Shown here in pieces: positions 30,566-40,155 of a DNA stretch of 64,000 nt. Location: IMG/VR virus record IMGVR_UViG_3300037247_001044, positions 6,831 through 70,830 of that record; one strand, written 5' to 3'. Numbering within the stretch: the stretch's first letter is position 1; the number at the start of each line of letters is the position of its first letter. Both the position numbers and the translations under genes were made by a program. This DNA is from a virus. The notes beneath the pieces are model-generated. The model was not told the origin of the DNA and made no database searches. It was given only the letters and a program-made list of their open reading frames with translations.

Positions 30566-30955
30566 TTACGGTGATGCGTCGTATAGGGCCACGCAGTCGA
30601 TTTGCGCGGTTTCACCTGATGCGTTTGTGACGTAAGCTACCGCAATGTCGTCAGTGAACAAAAACGAATCGTATGCGTTCACATGCCAGACGTAGGGAAT
30701 GCCAGCGAGAAGACTGATGGCGGTCCCGCCCGTTGCGTCAATGGCGTTCGTTTCAAATAACACGTCCTGACTGGAGAGCAGGTAGAAACTTTTGCAAGCT
30801 GACACGTCGAGTTCAAAACCGACCTCGAAATCCGTTTCAGCGGTTGCGACGAGTTCCTTATCCAGCAAGGAAACACCCACCTGCGTATTGGCGATCTTTA
30901 TGTCACGGTTTACGCCGGAGCCGTCGACACCAAGTGTTAGCGTATGCGTTGCCAT
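30566..30955 (-). CDS. virion structural protein
   Basis: AAGGAG SD, beta-rich. Confidence 0.5.
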   Translation of the reverse strand: MATHTLTLGVDGSGVNRDIKIANTQVGVSLLDKELVATAETDFEVGFELDVSACKSFYLLSSQDVLFETNAIDATGGTAISLLAGIPYVWHVNAYDSFLFTDDIAVAYVTNASGETAQIDCVALYDASP

Positions 30956-30957
30956 GG

Positions 30958-31227
30958 TTATTTCTCCTTCTCCTTGTCGGTGACGATGACCGCCTTCGCC
31001 GCTTTCGCGGGCTTGCCCGACGAATCTGGCGAAAGGATTGTTTGAATTGACACCTTCTCTTTGGGAGGCTCGTCACCAGCGTCCGCAAAGTGCAGTTCGC
31101 CGTGAAAAAGCCGGTCGGTCATGTGGTATCGACCAATGAAACCCGAGAATACCTTGCCGGAATCTGTATCCAGCTTCCCGACTGCGGCATTGAGTTGCCG
31201 CAGCACGGCTTTCGTTATTTGAACCAT
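30958..31227 (-). CDS. hypothetical protein
   Basis: ORF between tail tube and the next structural gene. Confidence 0.45.
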   Translation of the reverse strand: MVQITKAVLRQLNAAVGKLDTDSGKVFSGFIGRYHMTDRLFHGELHFADAGDEPPKEKVSIQTILSPDSSGKPAKAAKAVIVTDKEKEK

Positions 31228-31241
31228 AACAGCCCTTCTGT

Positions 31242-31673
31242 TTAGGTGAAGCTCCACTTGCGCCCGCCATCGCTGGTCGGGTGAAGCGTGAAATCCACGG
31301 TCTGGCCACTGCTCAATTCTCCGGGCGAGTCGTAATCGATGTAACAATCACCATCAAATTCCACTACGCCCGCGAGGTGACGTTCGACTAAGAACGCGAG
31401 TGGCGTGCCAGCCTGCGAGGCAGCGAGCAACGCTGCCATATGGGCCTCGCCATCTTCGTATTGCATCGTGAAGGTGATATTCGCGACCTGCTTCACGAGT
31501 TGCTCCTCCATCTTTGGAACAGCCGTCCCGTCGCCACGGTCAGTCGTCTCGAAGTACTCGGGGGGATTCGCAACGTTGATATCGGTCACATGCGTATCGA
31601 TGTGCGTTGTTGCCGTCGCTCCCGCCGCATCGCGGTAGATTTTGCGTTCCCAACCTGCTCTTTTTTTAGCCAT
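31242..31673 (-). CDS. major tail tube protein
   Basis: 143 aa, ETTDRGDG..ANITFTM..FDGDC..VDFTLHP; size and position. Confidence 0.65.
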   Translation of the reverse strand: MAKKRAGWERKIYRDAAGATATTHIDTHVTDINVANPPEYFETTDRGDGTAVPKMEEQLVKQVANITFTMQYEDGEAHMAALLAASQAGTPLAFLVERHLAGVVEFDGDCYIDYDSPGELSSGQTVDFTLHPTSDGGRKWSFT

Positions 31674-31687
31674 CGGTCAAACTCCTA

Positions 31688-32104
31688 TCAAATCGCCCCT
31701 TCCCACTCACGGTGGAATCGGGCTAGGTTTCGCTCTAAAGCTGGTGCCATGGTCGGCCGCTTGGGGAATCGCACGCCGCCCCGTCTCTTTCCGTGCTCGT
31801 GTGCTTCTATCGCTTGGTCCATCTTGCCCGCTACGAAACCGACCACTGCGCCCTCTTTGTCGGCACGGAAAAGGAGTGACCCTGGCTGTCTGGCCAGTCC
31901 GCCGCCTTTACCGGTCTTCGTGCGAATAGGCCCGCCTGGCGGTCCAGGTTCACGCCTTGCAAGAATGCTCTTGCGGGCCGATTTGCGAATGCTCGCCGCC
32001 GCATGCGAAAAACTGTTGAAGGCTCCTTTGTCTACAGCTTTTTCCACAGGTTTTGGCGTCGCCTTGAATTTGACCCCAGCTCTGATTTCAAACATCTCAC
32101 CCAC
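31688..32104 (-). CDS. HK97 gp10-like tail completion protein
   Basis: Basic, HEHG...FPKRPTMAPALE. Confidence 0.7.
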   Translation of the reverse strand: MGEMFEIRAGVKFKATPKPVEKAVDKGAFNSFSHAAASIRKSARKSILARREPGPPGGPIRTKTGKGGGLARQPGSLLFRADKEGAVVGFVAGKMDQAIEAHEHGKRRGGVRFPKRPTMAPALERNLARFHREWEGAI

Positions 32105-32459
32105 TCACAATTCGTTTCGTCCTGACGAGCCACGCATAGTCGCCCGCGTGCTGTACCAACTCCGGACGTTTCCCGTCAAGCATCAGTTCCCAGACGTCGC
32201 CATTCTCATCAGTAATCCGGTCACAGGTTTGCGGGGTAACAACAACATCGGCGATCTCATAGTCTGCTTTCTTGACCAGCCATTCGCGAACCCAGTAATT
32301 CGACGCGGCCACCTTGCCGCCGCTGGCATCATCGCCACTATCCACCACGACAGCCGTTATTTCCGTTGTATCGTTCGCCCGCGATAAGGTAACCGTAGGG
32401 CCTGCCGCATCGGAGAGGGTGTCAACCATCGACGCCAGACCATCTGAAAACCAAGTCAT
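32097..32459 (-). CDS. head-tail joining protein
   Basis: PQTCDRITD..WEL...LVRTKRI; position. Confidence 0.6.
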   Translation of the reverse strand: MTWFSDGLASMVDTLSDAAGPTVTLSRANDTTEITAVVVDSGDDASGGKVAASNYWVREWLVKKADYEIADVVVTPQTCDRITDENGDVWELMLDGKRPELVQHAGDYAWLVRTKRIVSG

Positions 32460-32704
32460 TGGCCTTCTTTCGGTGGTTTGGCAGCGATAGCATTTTCCAG
32501 TGGGTCGGCCGCGTCTTCGGCGGGTTCTGCCGGTGGCTCGACTATGACCTCCGCCACGGTCCACCCATCGTCCGTCATGGTCACGTTGTCGAGCGACACC
32601 GTGCCGGCCTTCAACGCGCGCAATAGGGCAAGGGTTTTTCGATAGTTACAACTGATGTTGGAAGCAGCCTCGATTGCGCTCAACTCTTGCATCAACTCGT
32701 CCAC
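32456..32704 (-). CDS. hypothetical protein
   Basis: Coupled to the downstream gene. Confidence 0.5.
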   Translation of the reverse strand: MDELMQELSAIEAASNISCNYRKTLALLRALKAGTVSLDNVTMTDDGWTVAEVIVEPPAEPAEDAADPLENAIAAKPPKEGQ

Positions 32705-32779
32705 GGTATTCCCTTCGTTGTGCGTAGAGCCGGGGCCGCCACGGTTGACGGCCCCGGCATACTAGCGACTGCGCGAACC

Positions 32780-33991
32780 CTATAGGCGGTAGCCCACAAA
32801 GACGTTTGAAGCCCCGCGAACAAATCGGAACGTGCCGGAACTGATGACGTCGGCCCCATCGTCGTCAATTTCCTCCGAACCAACAAACGTGACGCCTGAC
32901 GCGACAGCCATCGTGATGATGTCTCCAGCCCCACCGAGGTTGATTACTGTCAAGTCGAAGAAATCGCCGGTAGCCAACGTGCCGCCAAGCGCAGTTTCGA
33001 TTTGCGTACCCGTTCGCATGGTATACGTGGCAGTTGACGTTGGCGTACCGACAAGAATGCCGCCAAGTATCTGGGCGTCTGTCAACGAGGCAGTATCTGC
33101 TGCCGTTTCGGGCGTGCCCTGTTTGCCAAGCACCTTGGCGCGAAGGTGGATATTGCCAGCAACGCCAGAACCAGACGTCCCGGTAGTTACGACAACGGCA
33201 CCGCCATCGCCCGACCCGGCAGCGGCACCACCGGCAATCCCGACCTCGCCACCGTCACCAGTGCCTTTGCCGGCACCGCCCGTCGCTGTAACAGGACCGC
33301 CAGCGCCATTGGTTGTATTCGCATTAGCTCCACCCGTAACGGTTACGGCTCCACCCGTGCCGCCAACACCTGCTATGGTTGCGCCACCGGCAATGGTAAT
33401 AGCACCGCCGCTTGAGGTCGTTCCGGGGACTCCACCAATCAGAGAGGCGGCGCCGCCCGCGTTGCCAGCAGTTGACGACGTGCCACCCGTGACAGACACG
33501 AGCCCACCTTGTGCGGCGGCGATTCCAAGTATGGCTAGCGTGGAATCGCTGCCCGTAATATCGTCGGCGGTCATGCTTCCGCCAACGCTGGCGATATTCA
33601 GACTCGTGCCGTCGATATCCACGCGGACATACGTATCCGTGGCTGCGGTGTCGGTGGTTCCGTTTGGCTGGAGCGGGACGGCAGTACCGATCAAGTTATT
33701 GCCACCCGCCGTAGCAGTCGCGGCCCCACTGAGAGCGTCGCCGGTGACTGGGGTGCCGTTCTCGTCCCAATACACACGATCTCCCGCCTGGATGATCTCA
33801 GCAGCCTGCGGAATGTCCCATGCACCATCAGAGACGACGGTGCCTAGCGGGTTCAGGCTGAAGTCGATCGCATGAGACACGATCAGCGGGCGGGTGCCGA
33901 CCACGACAACCTCCCCCGCGATCTTGTCGCTACTGGCCAAGTAGGCCAACGCCAACCCCGGTTTTACAAAAAGCACAGGTGTCTGAGCCAT
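32780..33991 (-). CDS. DUF2190-like capsid decoration protein with Gly-rich extension
   Basis: IAGEVVVVG..GAWDIP..AGDRVYWD..NNLIGTAV, then repeated GG-x-V-x-x-x-GG; follows the capsid gene. Confidence 0.75.
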   Translation of the reverse strand: MAQTPVLFVKPGLALAYLASSDKIAGEVVVVGTRPLIVSHAIDFSLNPLGTVVSDGAWDIPQAAEIIQAGDRVYWDENGTPVTGDALSGAATATAGGNNLIGTAVPLQPNGTTDTAATDTYVRVDIDGTSLNIASVGGSMTADDITGSDSTLAILGIAAAQGGLVSVTGGTSSTAGNAGGAASLIGGVPGTTSSGGAITIAGGATIAGVGGTGGAVTVTGGANANTTNGAGGPVTATGGAGKGTGDGGEVGIAGGAAAGSGDGGAVVVTTGTSGSGVAGNIHLRAKVLGKQGTPETAADTASLTDAQILGGILVGTPTSTATYTMRTGTQIETALGGTLATGDFFDLTVINLGGAGDIITMAVASGVTFVGSEEIDDDGADVISSGTFRFVRGASNVFVGYRL

Positions 33992-34059
33992 TTCAGTTTG
34001 CTCCTGTTTTAAGTTTTACGCCGCCTTTGCCGGCAGCCGTGGATTGATTGAAAGGACGG

Positions 34060-36273
34060 TTACACGCCGACCGAAAGCACCGACGCGCGATACTCTGACA
34101 TGGTCACGCCGAAATCGTGGTAGCCACGTGACTGAATGCCGAGCGTATTGAAGTCGGCGTCCGTCGTCTCGATCGTCGGAGACTGCACGCCATTCAAAAA
34201 GCACATTACGGCCGATGCCAAAATTGCCGGATTGGCCAACAGGAACCACTGCGTGATCGAGTAGCCGGTATAGGCGCTGTTACTCACTTCCGGAACGATT
34301 ACCGGCTTGAATCGATTGAAGTGAATGTTATTGACCAGCGTCGTGCCTGAGGCAGTCGAGTCCCGCACTTCCATCGATGTGAAGAGCTTCCGGTTCGTCG
34401 CCTCCAGGTCGGAGCCCGAGAGCAAGAGTGCAGGCTCCAATCCGAGTAGGTTTCCGTCAGGTCCGGACGCATCACGGAAGAGCTTGACTGCTTTGTTGAG
34501 GCCAACTTCTCCGAGTGCGGTGGTGGCCCCAGCCTGACGGTTCCCACGACCCGAGGTCCAGAACGTACCGGCGTCGACAGCAGCCAGCCAAGCGGTCCAG
34601 AACACCTTGTTGAGCTTGACTGCCGCTCCCATACCGAGTCGGTTGCGCAGATCGTTGAACGCACCGAGATCGTCGTTAATAATATCAGTCCTAGTTAGCG
34701 CCAGCATTTTTGCGTACGTATCCGCTTTGATGCTGTAGCTCTCCTGACTGACCGTTCCGTGCTCGATTTCTCCGCCCGGCCCAACCTCTTCGTATTCAAG
34801 GTCAGCGTTCATGCGGTACAACGTGACTGCCTTGAAGTCCGAAACCGATCGCACCTCGGCAACCTGCCGCCACGATTGTGGCAGAAGATTGAAGCCGTCC
34901 AGTAGCAGCTTATTGCCGGAGGTCGTCAGCATCGTGGTGATGGTATGCGTACTGAACGCGGCCTGAATCACCTCGCGGAGGTTGTCATTTCCGATCCGCT
35001 GCCGGCCGCTGTAGCCGTTCTGCGCAGCGAAGGTTAGCAGCAGTTCCTGGATACCGAGGCCACGGTATTTGTCGGCCGCTTCCAGTACTTCCGGCTTGAA
35101 GTGTTTTTCCGGCTCGACCAGCCCGGCCGATAGGCAAAAGGCCGCTTCGATCGCCGGCATCGACACATCTTGGCTACTGGAGTGGATGCCCGGACCCTTG
35201 GGACGTTCTGCAACCATGAGGTCGGCCTTGAATTGTGCGGCGGCCACGATGTATTCCGCCCCCAACCGAGGCGCAGCCCATTTGTCTTTCAGCGCCGTGG
35301 CCATCGCTTCGAGGCCGCCCTTGATGGCGGCGTCATAGAGTTTGTCGAAGTCGTCCTCGGGAACCCTTGTGCGGTAATCAGCGGCCGTTGCCTTGATCGC
35401 CGTCTCATGCTCGGCGTGCGCAAGCTGAACTGCATTGAGGTCGAACTTGGGGACCTCGACAAGAGGCGGTTTATCGGCCGCGTCGATCTTCTTTTGATCA
35501 CCAGACTCAGCAGCTTCCAATTTCGCGAGAACTGCCTTCGCTTCGATAGCTTCGACCTCCGCATCGTACTTCGCCTGAAGATGCTGGAGTTGATCTTCTC
35601 GCAGTTCGGCGACCTCAAACCCCAATGCCTCAATCCACTTGTCAAAGTCCATGTCGGTCTCCTTGTATTGTGCGGCAGACGCCGCTACTTTCGCCGTCGC
35701 TTTGCGATCGGCGCCAATTGCTACGAAACTTGTTTCCCCCAACGTCGACTTACGCGCGACGTATAAGGGGCCGGTGAACGTCTTGCCGTTGACCTTGGTG
35801 GCCACGCCTTCGCCGACGAATTCGAGCTTGTCGGGACGCGCGCCAACTGAAGCTTTCCACGGGAACCCATTCCCGGCGGCGGCTTGCACTTCGGCCGCAT
35901 CGGGACCCGCCCCAGAAACGACCCCAGCGAGCTTGAGGGACGAGTCGCCGATCGTGACCTCGTCCGCATGGCCAACCACGCGAGAGGGTTCGTGGTCGCG
36001 AAGAATAGGTATGGGAGCTTTTGCCTTGAGGCCAGAGAGGTCGATGATGACTGGCGGCCCGTAGTTGTTCACCTGCATGGGGCCGCCGGTGTAGGCGGTC
36101 ATGCTGAACCGTTTGGGCTTCGACTCGCCGTCCGAATCAGCGGCTTGAATCCACTCTACGCTAACGGCCTCCATTAGGATGGGGCCTTGTACAGCCGCCG
36201 CTCGAATCATCGCACGCTGCGATTGATGATATCGGTGGCGTTCCTTGCGCAGTTGTTTTCGTTTCGTCGTCAT
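34060..36273 (-). CDS. fused prohead protease / major capsid protein (Mu gpT-like C-terminus)
   Basis: AYTGG..PILRDH..WKASVG..ETSFVAIGAD (protease); VSDFK..TYAKMLALTRTDIINDDLGAF..DFG (capsid). Confidence 0.9.
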   Translation of the reverse strand: MTTKRKQLRKERHRYHQSQRAMIRAAAVQGPILMEAVSVEWIQAADSDGESKPKRFSMTAYTGGPMQVNNYGPPVIIDLSGLKAKAPIPILRDHEPSRVVGHADEVTIGDSSLKLAGVVSGAGPDAAEVQAAAGNGFPWKASVGARPDKLEFVGEGVATKVNGKTFTGPLYVARKSTLGETSFVAIGADRKATAKVAASAAQYKETDMDFDKWIEALGFEVAELREDQLQHLQAKYDAEVEAIEAKAVLAKLEAAESGDQKKIDAADKPPLVEVPKFDLNAVQLAHAEHETAIKATAADYRTRVPEDDFDKLYDAAIKGGLEAMATALKDKWAAPRLGAEYIVAAAQFKADLMVAERPKGPGIHSSSQDVSMPAIEAAFCLSAGLVEPEKHFKPEVLEAADKYRGLGIQELLLTFAAQNGYSGRQRIGNDNLREVIQAAFSTHTITTMLTTSGNKLLLDGFNLLPQSWRQVAEVRSVSDFKAVTLYRMNADLEYEEVGPGGEIEHGTVSQESYSIKADTYAKMLALTRTDIINDDLGAFNDLRNRLGMGAAVKLNKVFWTAWLAAVDAGTFWTSGRGNRQAGATTALGEVGLNKAVKLFRDASGPDGNLLGLEPALLLSGSDLEATNRKLFTSMEVRDSTASGTTLVNNIHFNRFKPVIVPEVSNSAYTGYSITQWFLLANPAILASAVMCFLNGVQSPTIETTDADFNTLGIQSRGYHDFGVTMSEYRASVLSVGV

Positions 36274-36286
36274 CGTCAAGTACCAA

Positions 36287-36320
36287 TAAAAAAACGGGGG
36301 CACGATCTCTCGCGTCCCCG
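36287..36320 (-). terminator. intrinsic terminator-like hairpin just upstream of the capsid gene
   Basis: CGGGGACGCG-AGAGAT-CGTGCCCCCG followed by a T7 run on minus strand. Confidence 0.55.
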
Positions 36321-36406
36321 TATGGACTCGACGTATACGGCGTCTCGAAGGGCTGGCCAGCCCTGCCGATTGCCGGAACCGCGATTGAACGCGGCCCCCT
36401 AGTTTC

Positions 36407-36646
36407 TTACTTACTCTCTACTGTCAGTTTTCCATCCTTGCTTGTGACCTTGCATGGAGCACATGGAGTGCGAATTCCGACACCAGTTTTGGCCTCATAT
36501 TCGCTGCCATTGACGGAGAATCGTACTACGTAGCCGCCCCAGATACCATCGTAGATGCCATCCGGAAGCCGTTCGACATCCTCTGTTCGTCTCAATCCCG
36601 TTGCCGTCGTTGCCATCTCACCGTCCGTTTTCTTCAGGTAGATCAT
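36407..36646 (-). CDS. hypothetical protein
   Basis: 79-aa ORF between portal and capsid. Confidence 0.5.
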   Translation of the reverse strand: MIYLKKTDGEMATTATGLRRTEDVERLPDGIYDGIWGGYVVRFSVNGSEYEAKTGVGIRTPCAPCKVTSKDGKLTVESK

Positions 36647-36649
36647 GAA

Positions 36650-38161
36650 TCATACGCGAGCACTCCTGTTTCCGTTGCGGCCAGCAGTCGCCAGCCGATT
36701 CCTGCCTTGTGTTGGCGGTGTTGGTAGTGGAGGCGGTTCGGCGGGCGCAGATGCGCCGCTACCAAAGTGAGCCTCGAATAAAGCGGCCCTCATCTCGTCG
36801 GGTGTGATGCCATAGTCCTCAGCCATGCGGGGCAATTCGTCCTCAAAATCCAGACCGCCTGCCGCGAAGACTCGCCGGAGAACAGCAACGCCTGTCGACA
36901 GATTGGTCTTGTTGGCATTGGCGTGTTTGACCTCGTCGATGACCGGCTTCTCGGGCCAGTCCCAACCGTGATTCGGTGCCGGATCGGCCGGCACACGCCA
37001 ACCAAACCGGAGAACAGCCTCGGCGAACCACACCTCGAAGAGCGGATCGAGCACGTCCTCTTCAATATCCTGTTGCTCAACATCGACCGAAACAAAATAG
37101 GTCAAATGATCGAGCTTGCCGCCGGAGAACGAATAGCCGCTGGAGTCGGCCCTTGCGATGTTGTTCGGCATGTTGAGCGGCCGCGCCTGCTCGCCTGCTT
37201 GCTCGCGAATGAATTCTGTGTAGTTTGAAGACGGTTGTTCCGGCTTCGGCTGCCATCCGTCGTAGCCAGCCGGGAAGGCCGTCATCATCCCTTTCTCCAT
37301 CGGATACGTGGAGAAGGGAAGAGCGATGTTGGGTTCGATGCTGGGATCAGCCTGAGTTTTCAGAAAGATCGAAAAGTTAGCGATATTCTCGGCACCTACG
37401 ATAACTGCCTCGCGGTACCGCCTGCCATTCGCGTAGCAGTTAAGCGACGGGGCGACCTCAGAAACGCCGCGATGCTGACCGGCTCGGTCTTCGCGGAAAA
37501 GATGAAGCATGAATCGGGCGGGCACCCGTTCCACTTCTTGCCCCAGCCCGCTCCACTGACTGCCCGGATGCTGCTTGAGCACGTCGTAGAAAAGCACGTT
37601 GCCAAATTCGTCAAACTCGATGCCGTCAATCTTGTTCGGCTCATTGGTCCCAAGGTACGGCGTCGTCACCTGTTCGCATTCGATCGGTTTCAAGCCGAGC
37701 TTGACGCGGTGCCGCATCCTGGGATTCTGCGTAATGATGATGAACGGGTCGCCGTCTGAGACCTTTGCTTTGATGGTGGTGCGAAGCTTCTTTGGCAGTT
37801 TGACTTCCTTTGCCCAGCTCTTCCACGCGGCCTCAACCATCGAATTGAATCCGGGGCTTCCGGTTTGCATTCGCAACTTGGGGCCCCGGCCAACCACATA
37901 ATTTGCCTGGGTGAGCTGGATGCCCTTGCCTAGACCGTTGTTGGCGAATTCGTATCGGGCCCGCTGTGAGATCCGTTGGCGGACGGTCTTGGAGTTGGCG
38001 GAGTCGGCGTCAAGAGCATCAGCGGCAAGCCAGTGCCGGGTGTTCATGCCGGCAAGATCCGCGGCATCGTAGCTGCCACGGATCGGTCGGGGCGTGTCCA
38101 TGTCGACCGTCACCGGCTGGTGGCGAGAGAACGCGCGGCGGATTGCGGCAATCATGCCCAT
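36650..38161 (-). CDS. portal protein, lambda family
   Basis: YDAA, RAR...NN, GIEFDEFG, RAGQHRGVS, DSSGYSFSGG. Confidence 0.93.
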   Translation of the reverse strand: MGMIAAIRRAFSRHQPVTVDMDTPRPIRGSYDAADLAGMNTRHWLAADALDADSANSKTVRQRISQRARYEFANNGLGKGIQLTQANYVVGRGPKLRMQTGSPGFNSMVEAAWKSWAKEVKLPKKLRTTIKAKVSDGDPFIIITQNPRMRHRVKLGLKPIECEQVTTPYLGTNEPNKIDGIEFDEFGNVLFYDVLKQHPGSQWSGLGQEVERVPARFMLHLFREDRAGQHRGVSEVAPSLNCYANGRRYREAVIVGAENIANFSIFLKTQADPSIEPNIALPFSTYPMEKGMMTAFPAGYDGWQPKPEQPSSNYTEFIREQAGEQARPLNMPNNIARADSSGYSFSGGKLDHLTYFVSVDVEQQDIEEDVLDPLFEVWFAEAVLRFGWRVPADPAPNHGWDWPEKPVIDEVKHANANKTNLSTGVAVLRRVFAAGGLDFEDELPRMAEDYGITPDEMRAALFEAHFGSGASAPAEPPPLPTPPTQGRNRLATAGRNGNRSARV

Positions 38162-38364
38162 CAGCCGGCCCCCGGGGCTTTGAGCCTCACGGTCCGGAGA
38201 CCGAAGTGATTCTTTGAGGCAGCGGTCTGGGCCGATTCGTGGCGTTGGACTGCGAGCAACTGGTCAAGGTCGTGAGACTCAACCCGCCCCTTGTCCGTGC
38301 TTACGACCTGCGGGTTGAGTGCGGCTCGTTCGAGCGCGTCGGCTATGGTTGTCGGCGTTGCCAT
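38161..38364 (-). CDS. gpW-like head completion protein
   Basis: 67 aa immediately before a lambda-type portal. Confidence 0.6.
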   Translation of the reverse strand: MATPTTIADALERAALNPQVVSTDKGRVESHDLDQLLAVQRHESAQTAASKNHFGLRTVRLKAPGAG

Positions 38365-38491
38365 GAATGCATGGTAACGCGGCCAAGAGACGCATCAAGG
38401 GAAGAGTGGGCAAGTTGCTATATATGGGAGTTTTGGCCAGATACGGCCAGATTTCTGGGGCAGTTGCCGGATGATAGAGGCCAGCGCATGA

Positions 38492-38524
38492 GTAAGCCCG
38501 GGCACTTGCGGCACCCGGGCTTAC
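38492..38524 (-). terminator. hairpin closing the repeat array
   Basis: Perfect 11-bp inverted repeat GTAAGCCCGGG / CCCGGGCTTAC; no U-tract, so role is inferred. Confidence 0.5.
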
Positions 38525-38534
38525 CTTGAAAGTA

Positions 38535-39070
38535 GGGCACTGTAGCAATCGGTCTCAGTGCGAAGTTCGCCTTGGGCTATGCGGCAATGCCGTTGTCGGT
38601 TTCACGTAAGCCGTCGCCTTGTCTAGGGCAACTCTTGACTCGGTTTCATCTTGCCTGTCGCCGTGGGTTGGGGCAACTCATTCTTCGGTTTCAAACTTAT
38701 CCTCGCCTTGGATTGGGGCGGTGGAGCTTTCGGTTTCATTTGACCCGTCGCCTTGGGATTGGGCTCGGGGGTAATCGGTTTCAATTTTCCGCTCGCCTTG
38801 GGTTAAGGGGCATCGCGTCAATCGGTTTCACGTTCTGGCTCGCCTTGGGCTGGGGCACCGCTGACTTCGGTTTCACAAGAGCAGTCGCCTTGGGTTGAGG
38901 CAATGCTCGGTTCGGTTTCACGAAGAGTATCGCCTTGGATCGGGACACGGGTGCTCTCGGTTTCACATGTCGACTCGCCTTGGATTTTGGCATTATTGCA
39001 GTCGGTTTCACGGGGTCGGTCGCCTTGGGTTGGGGGCAAGCGGCGACTCGGTTTCACTTGGCCTTTCGCC
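38535..39070 (-). ncRNA. TIGR-like dual-spacer array, distal segment (12 units)
   Basis: Minus-strand unit TGCCCCAACCCAAGGCGA-N9-TGAAACCGA-N9; loop repeats at 38549, 38596, 38640, 38685, 38730, 38775, 38822, 38867, 38912, 38957, 39002, 39048. Confidence 0.85.
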
Positions 39071-39078
39071 ATATCTCA

Positions 39079-40155
39079 TCAACCACCGGTCCACGGTTCC
39101 GGTTCAATCCCATCGACTTGAAACACCCATTCCGTCCACAACTCACGCAAGAGCCTTTTCCCCATCAACAGCATCCCGTGGAGGTGAGGCCGCATCACCA
39201 TCACACCACGGCCTGAGCATTTTTTGCACCCGTCTCCGCTCTTGGCCGTGCCGGTGCCTTTGCACGTTGTACAGTCCGGCGTCCACTCCGGGTCTTTCCG
39301 GGCAATCGCTTCGGCTTTCTTCGTAGCATACCGTCGGGCATACGGGCCAGCGTAAATTGCCCCATGCGTCTCAGTTGCCTTTCGGGCCCCGTTGCCTTTC
39401 AGGAGCGATTCGGAAATCACGAACATCACCGACCGGCGCCGTGGACAGTAACCCAGTTCCTCCCACTCGGCCGCAGACAATCCGCCGTTGTGCTTCTTCC
39501 GGCTTCGCCACGTCGAGGGCATGAACGTCTTGCCCTTCGACTCAAACGGGGCGCAGCCCATCCGGCGCCACAGCTTCCCGGGGTTGTCGTAGTTCGATAG
39601 GTCGCCCACTTCGCCGATGATGATGGCCAGCGATAGCCAGCCGAATCCACGCTGATCGGTTAGTGCCATCCACTTGGCTACGGGGAGTTGTTTGGACAGC
39701 TTTCCCATTTCCCGTTCGTAGGCTTTTTCCGTGGCGTGAAAGCCTTCGATCGAGACGGAGCAGGCTTGAATCAGGGGGGCCAGGGCATCTCTGGGCCCGG
39801 TTTCAATGGCGCTCTCGCCCTGGACCTCCCTGATAAGTTTCTTCGCATCGCCAAACCACCTGGCACGCTCGTCTTCCTCCATGCCGGCGTGATACCCGCT
39901 CGCCGTGGCCACCGTGGCAGTCAAACGGTTGTCGATCATGATCCGCGACTTTTGCGTGGTGACCCGCTGGCGTTGGAGTTCACGGATATCGGCAACAAGA
40001 GAAGGCACGGGGGTAGTCGGTTTCACCGGATCATTCGCCTTCTTTTTCGGCACTTCCGTTTTCGGTTTCAGACAGGGGATCGCCTTGTCTTTTGGCACGG
40101 CATCCCTCGGTTTCAGTGGGGGTTTCGCCATGGGTGTTTCAGTTACGGTTGCCAT
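39079..40155 (-). CDS. TasA-like Nop/IS110-related RNA-binding protein without nuclease domain, with CxxCxGxG Zn-finger insertion
   Basis: IRELQRQR..QKSRIMIDNRL coiled coil; RGFGWLSLAIIIGEVGDLSNYDNPGKLWRRMGCAP (IS110/Nop helix-hairpin-helix); no DEDD RuvC or HNH; embedded in array; GAAAGG SD before MATVTE. Confidence 0.8.
   Translation of the reverse strand: MATVTETPMAKPPLKPRDAVPKDKAIPCLKPKTEVPKKKANDPVKPTTPVPSLVADIRELQRQRVTTQKSRIMIDNRLTATVATASGYHAGMEEDERARWFGDAKKLIREVQGESAIETGPRDALAPLIQACSVSIEGFHATEKAYEREMGKLSKQLPVAKWMALTDQRGFGWLSLAIIIGEVGDLSNYDNPGKLWRRMGCAPFESKGKTFMPSTWRSRKKHNGGLSAAEWEELGYCPRRRSVMFVISESLLKGNGARKATETHGAIYAGPYARRYATKKAEAIARKDPEWTPDCTTCKGTGTAKSGDGCKKCSGRGVMVMRPHLHGMLLMGKRLLRELWTEWVFQVDGIEPEPWTGG
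40004..40129 (-). repeat. three array units inside the Tas-like CDS
   Basis: TCGGTTTCA at 40017, 40062, 40107 with exact 9-nt spacers and 45-bp period. Confidence 0.85.

Noticed and set aside
27631-33875. Long plus-strand ORFs (27631-28548, 31440-32387, 32832-33875)
   Set aside because: Antisense shadows of GC-rich structural genes with clear minus-strand identities
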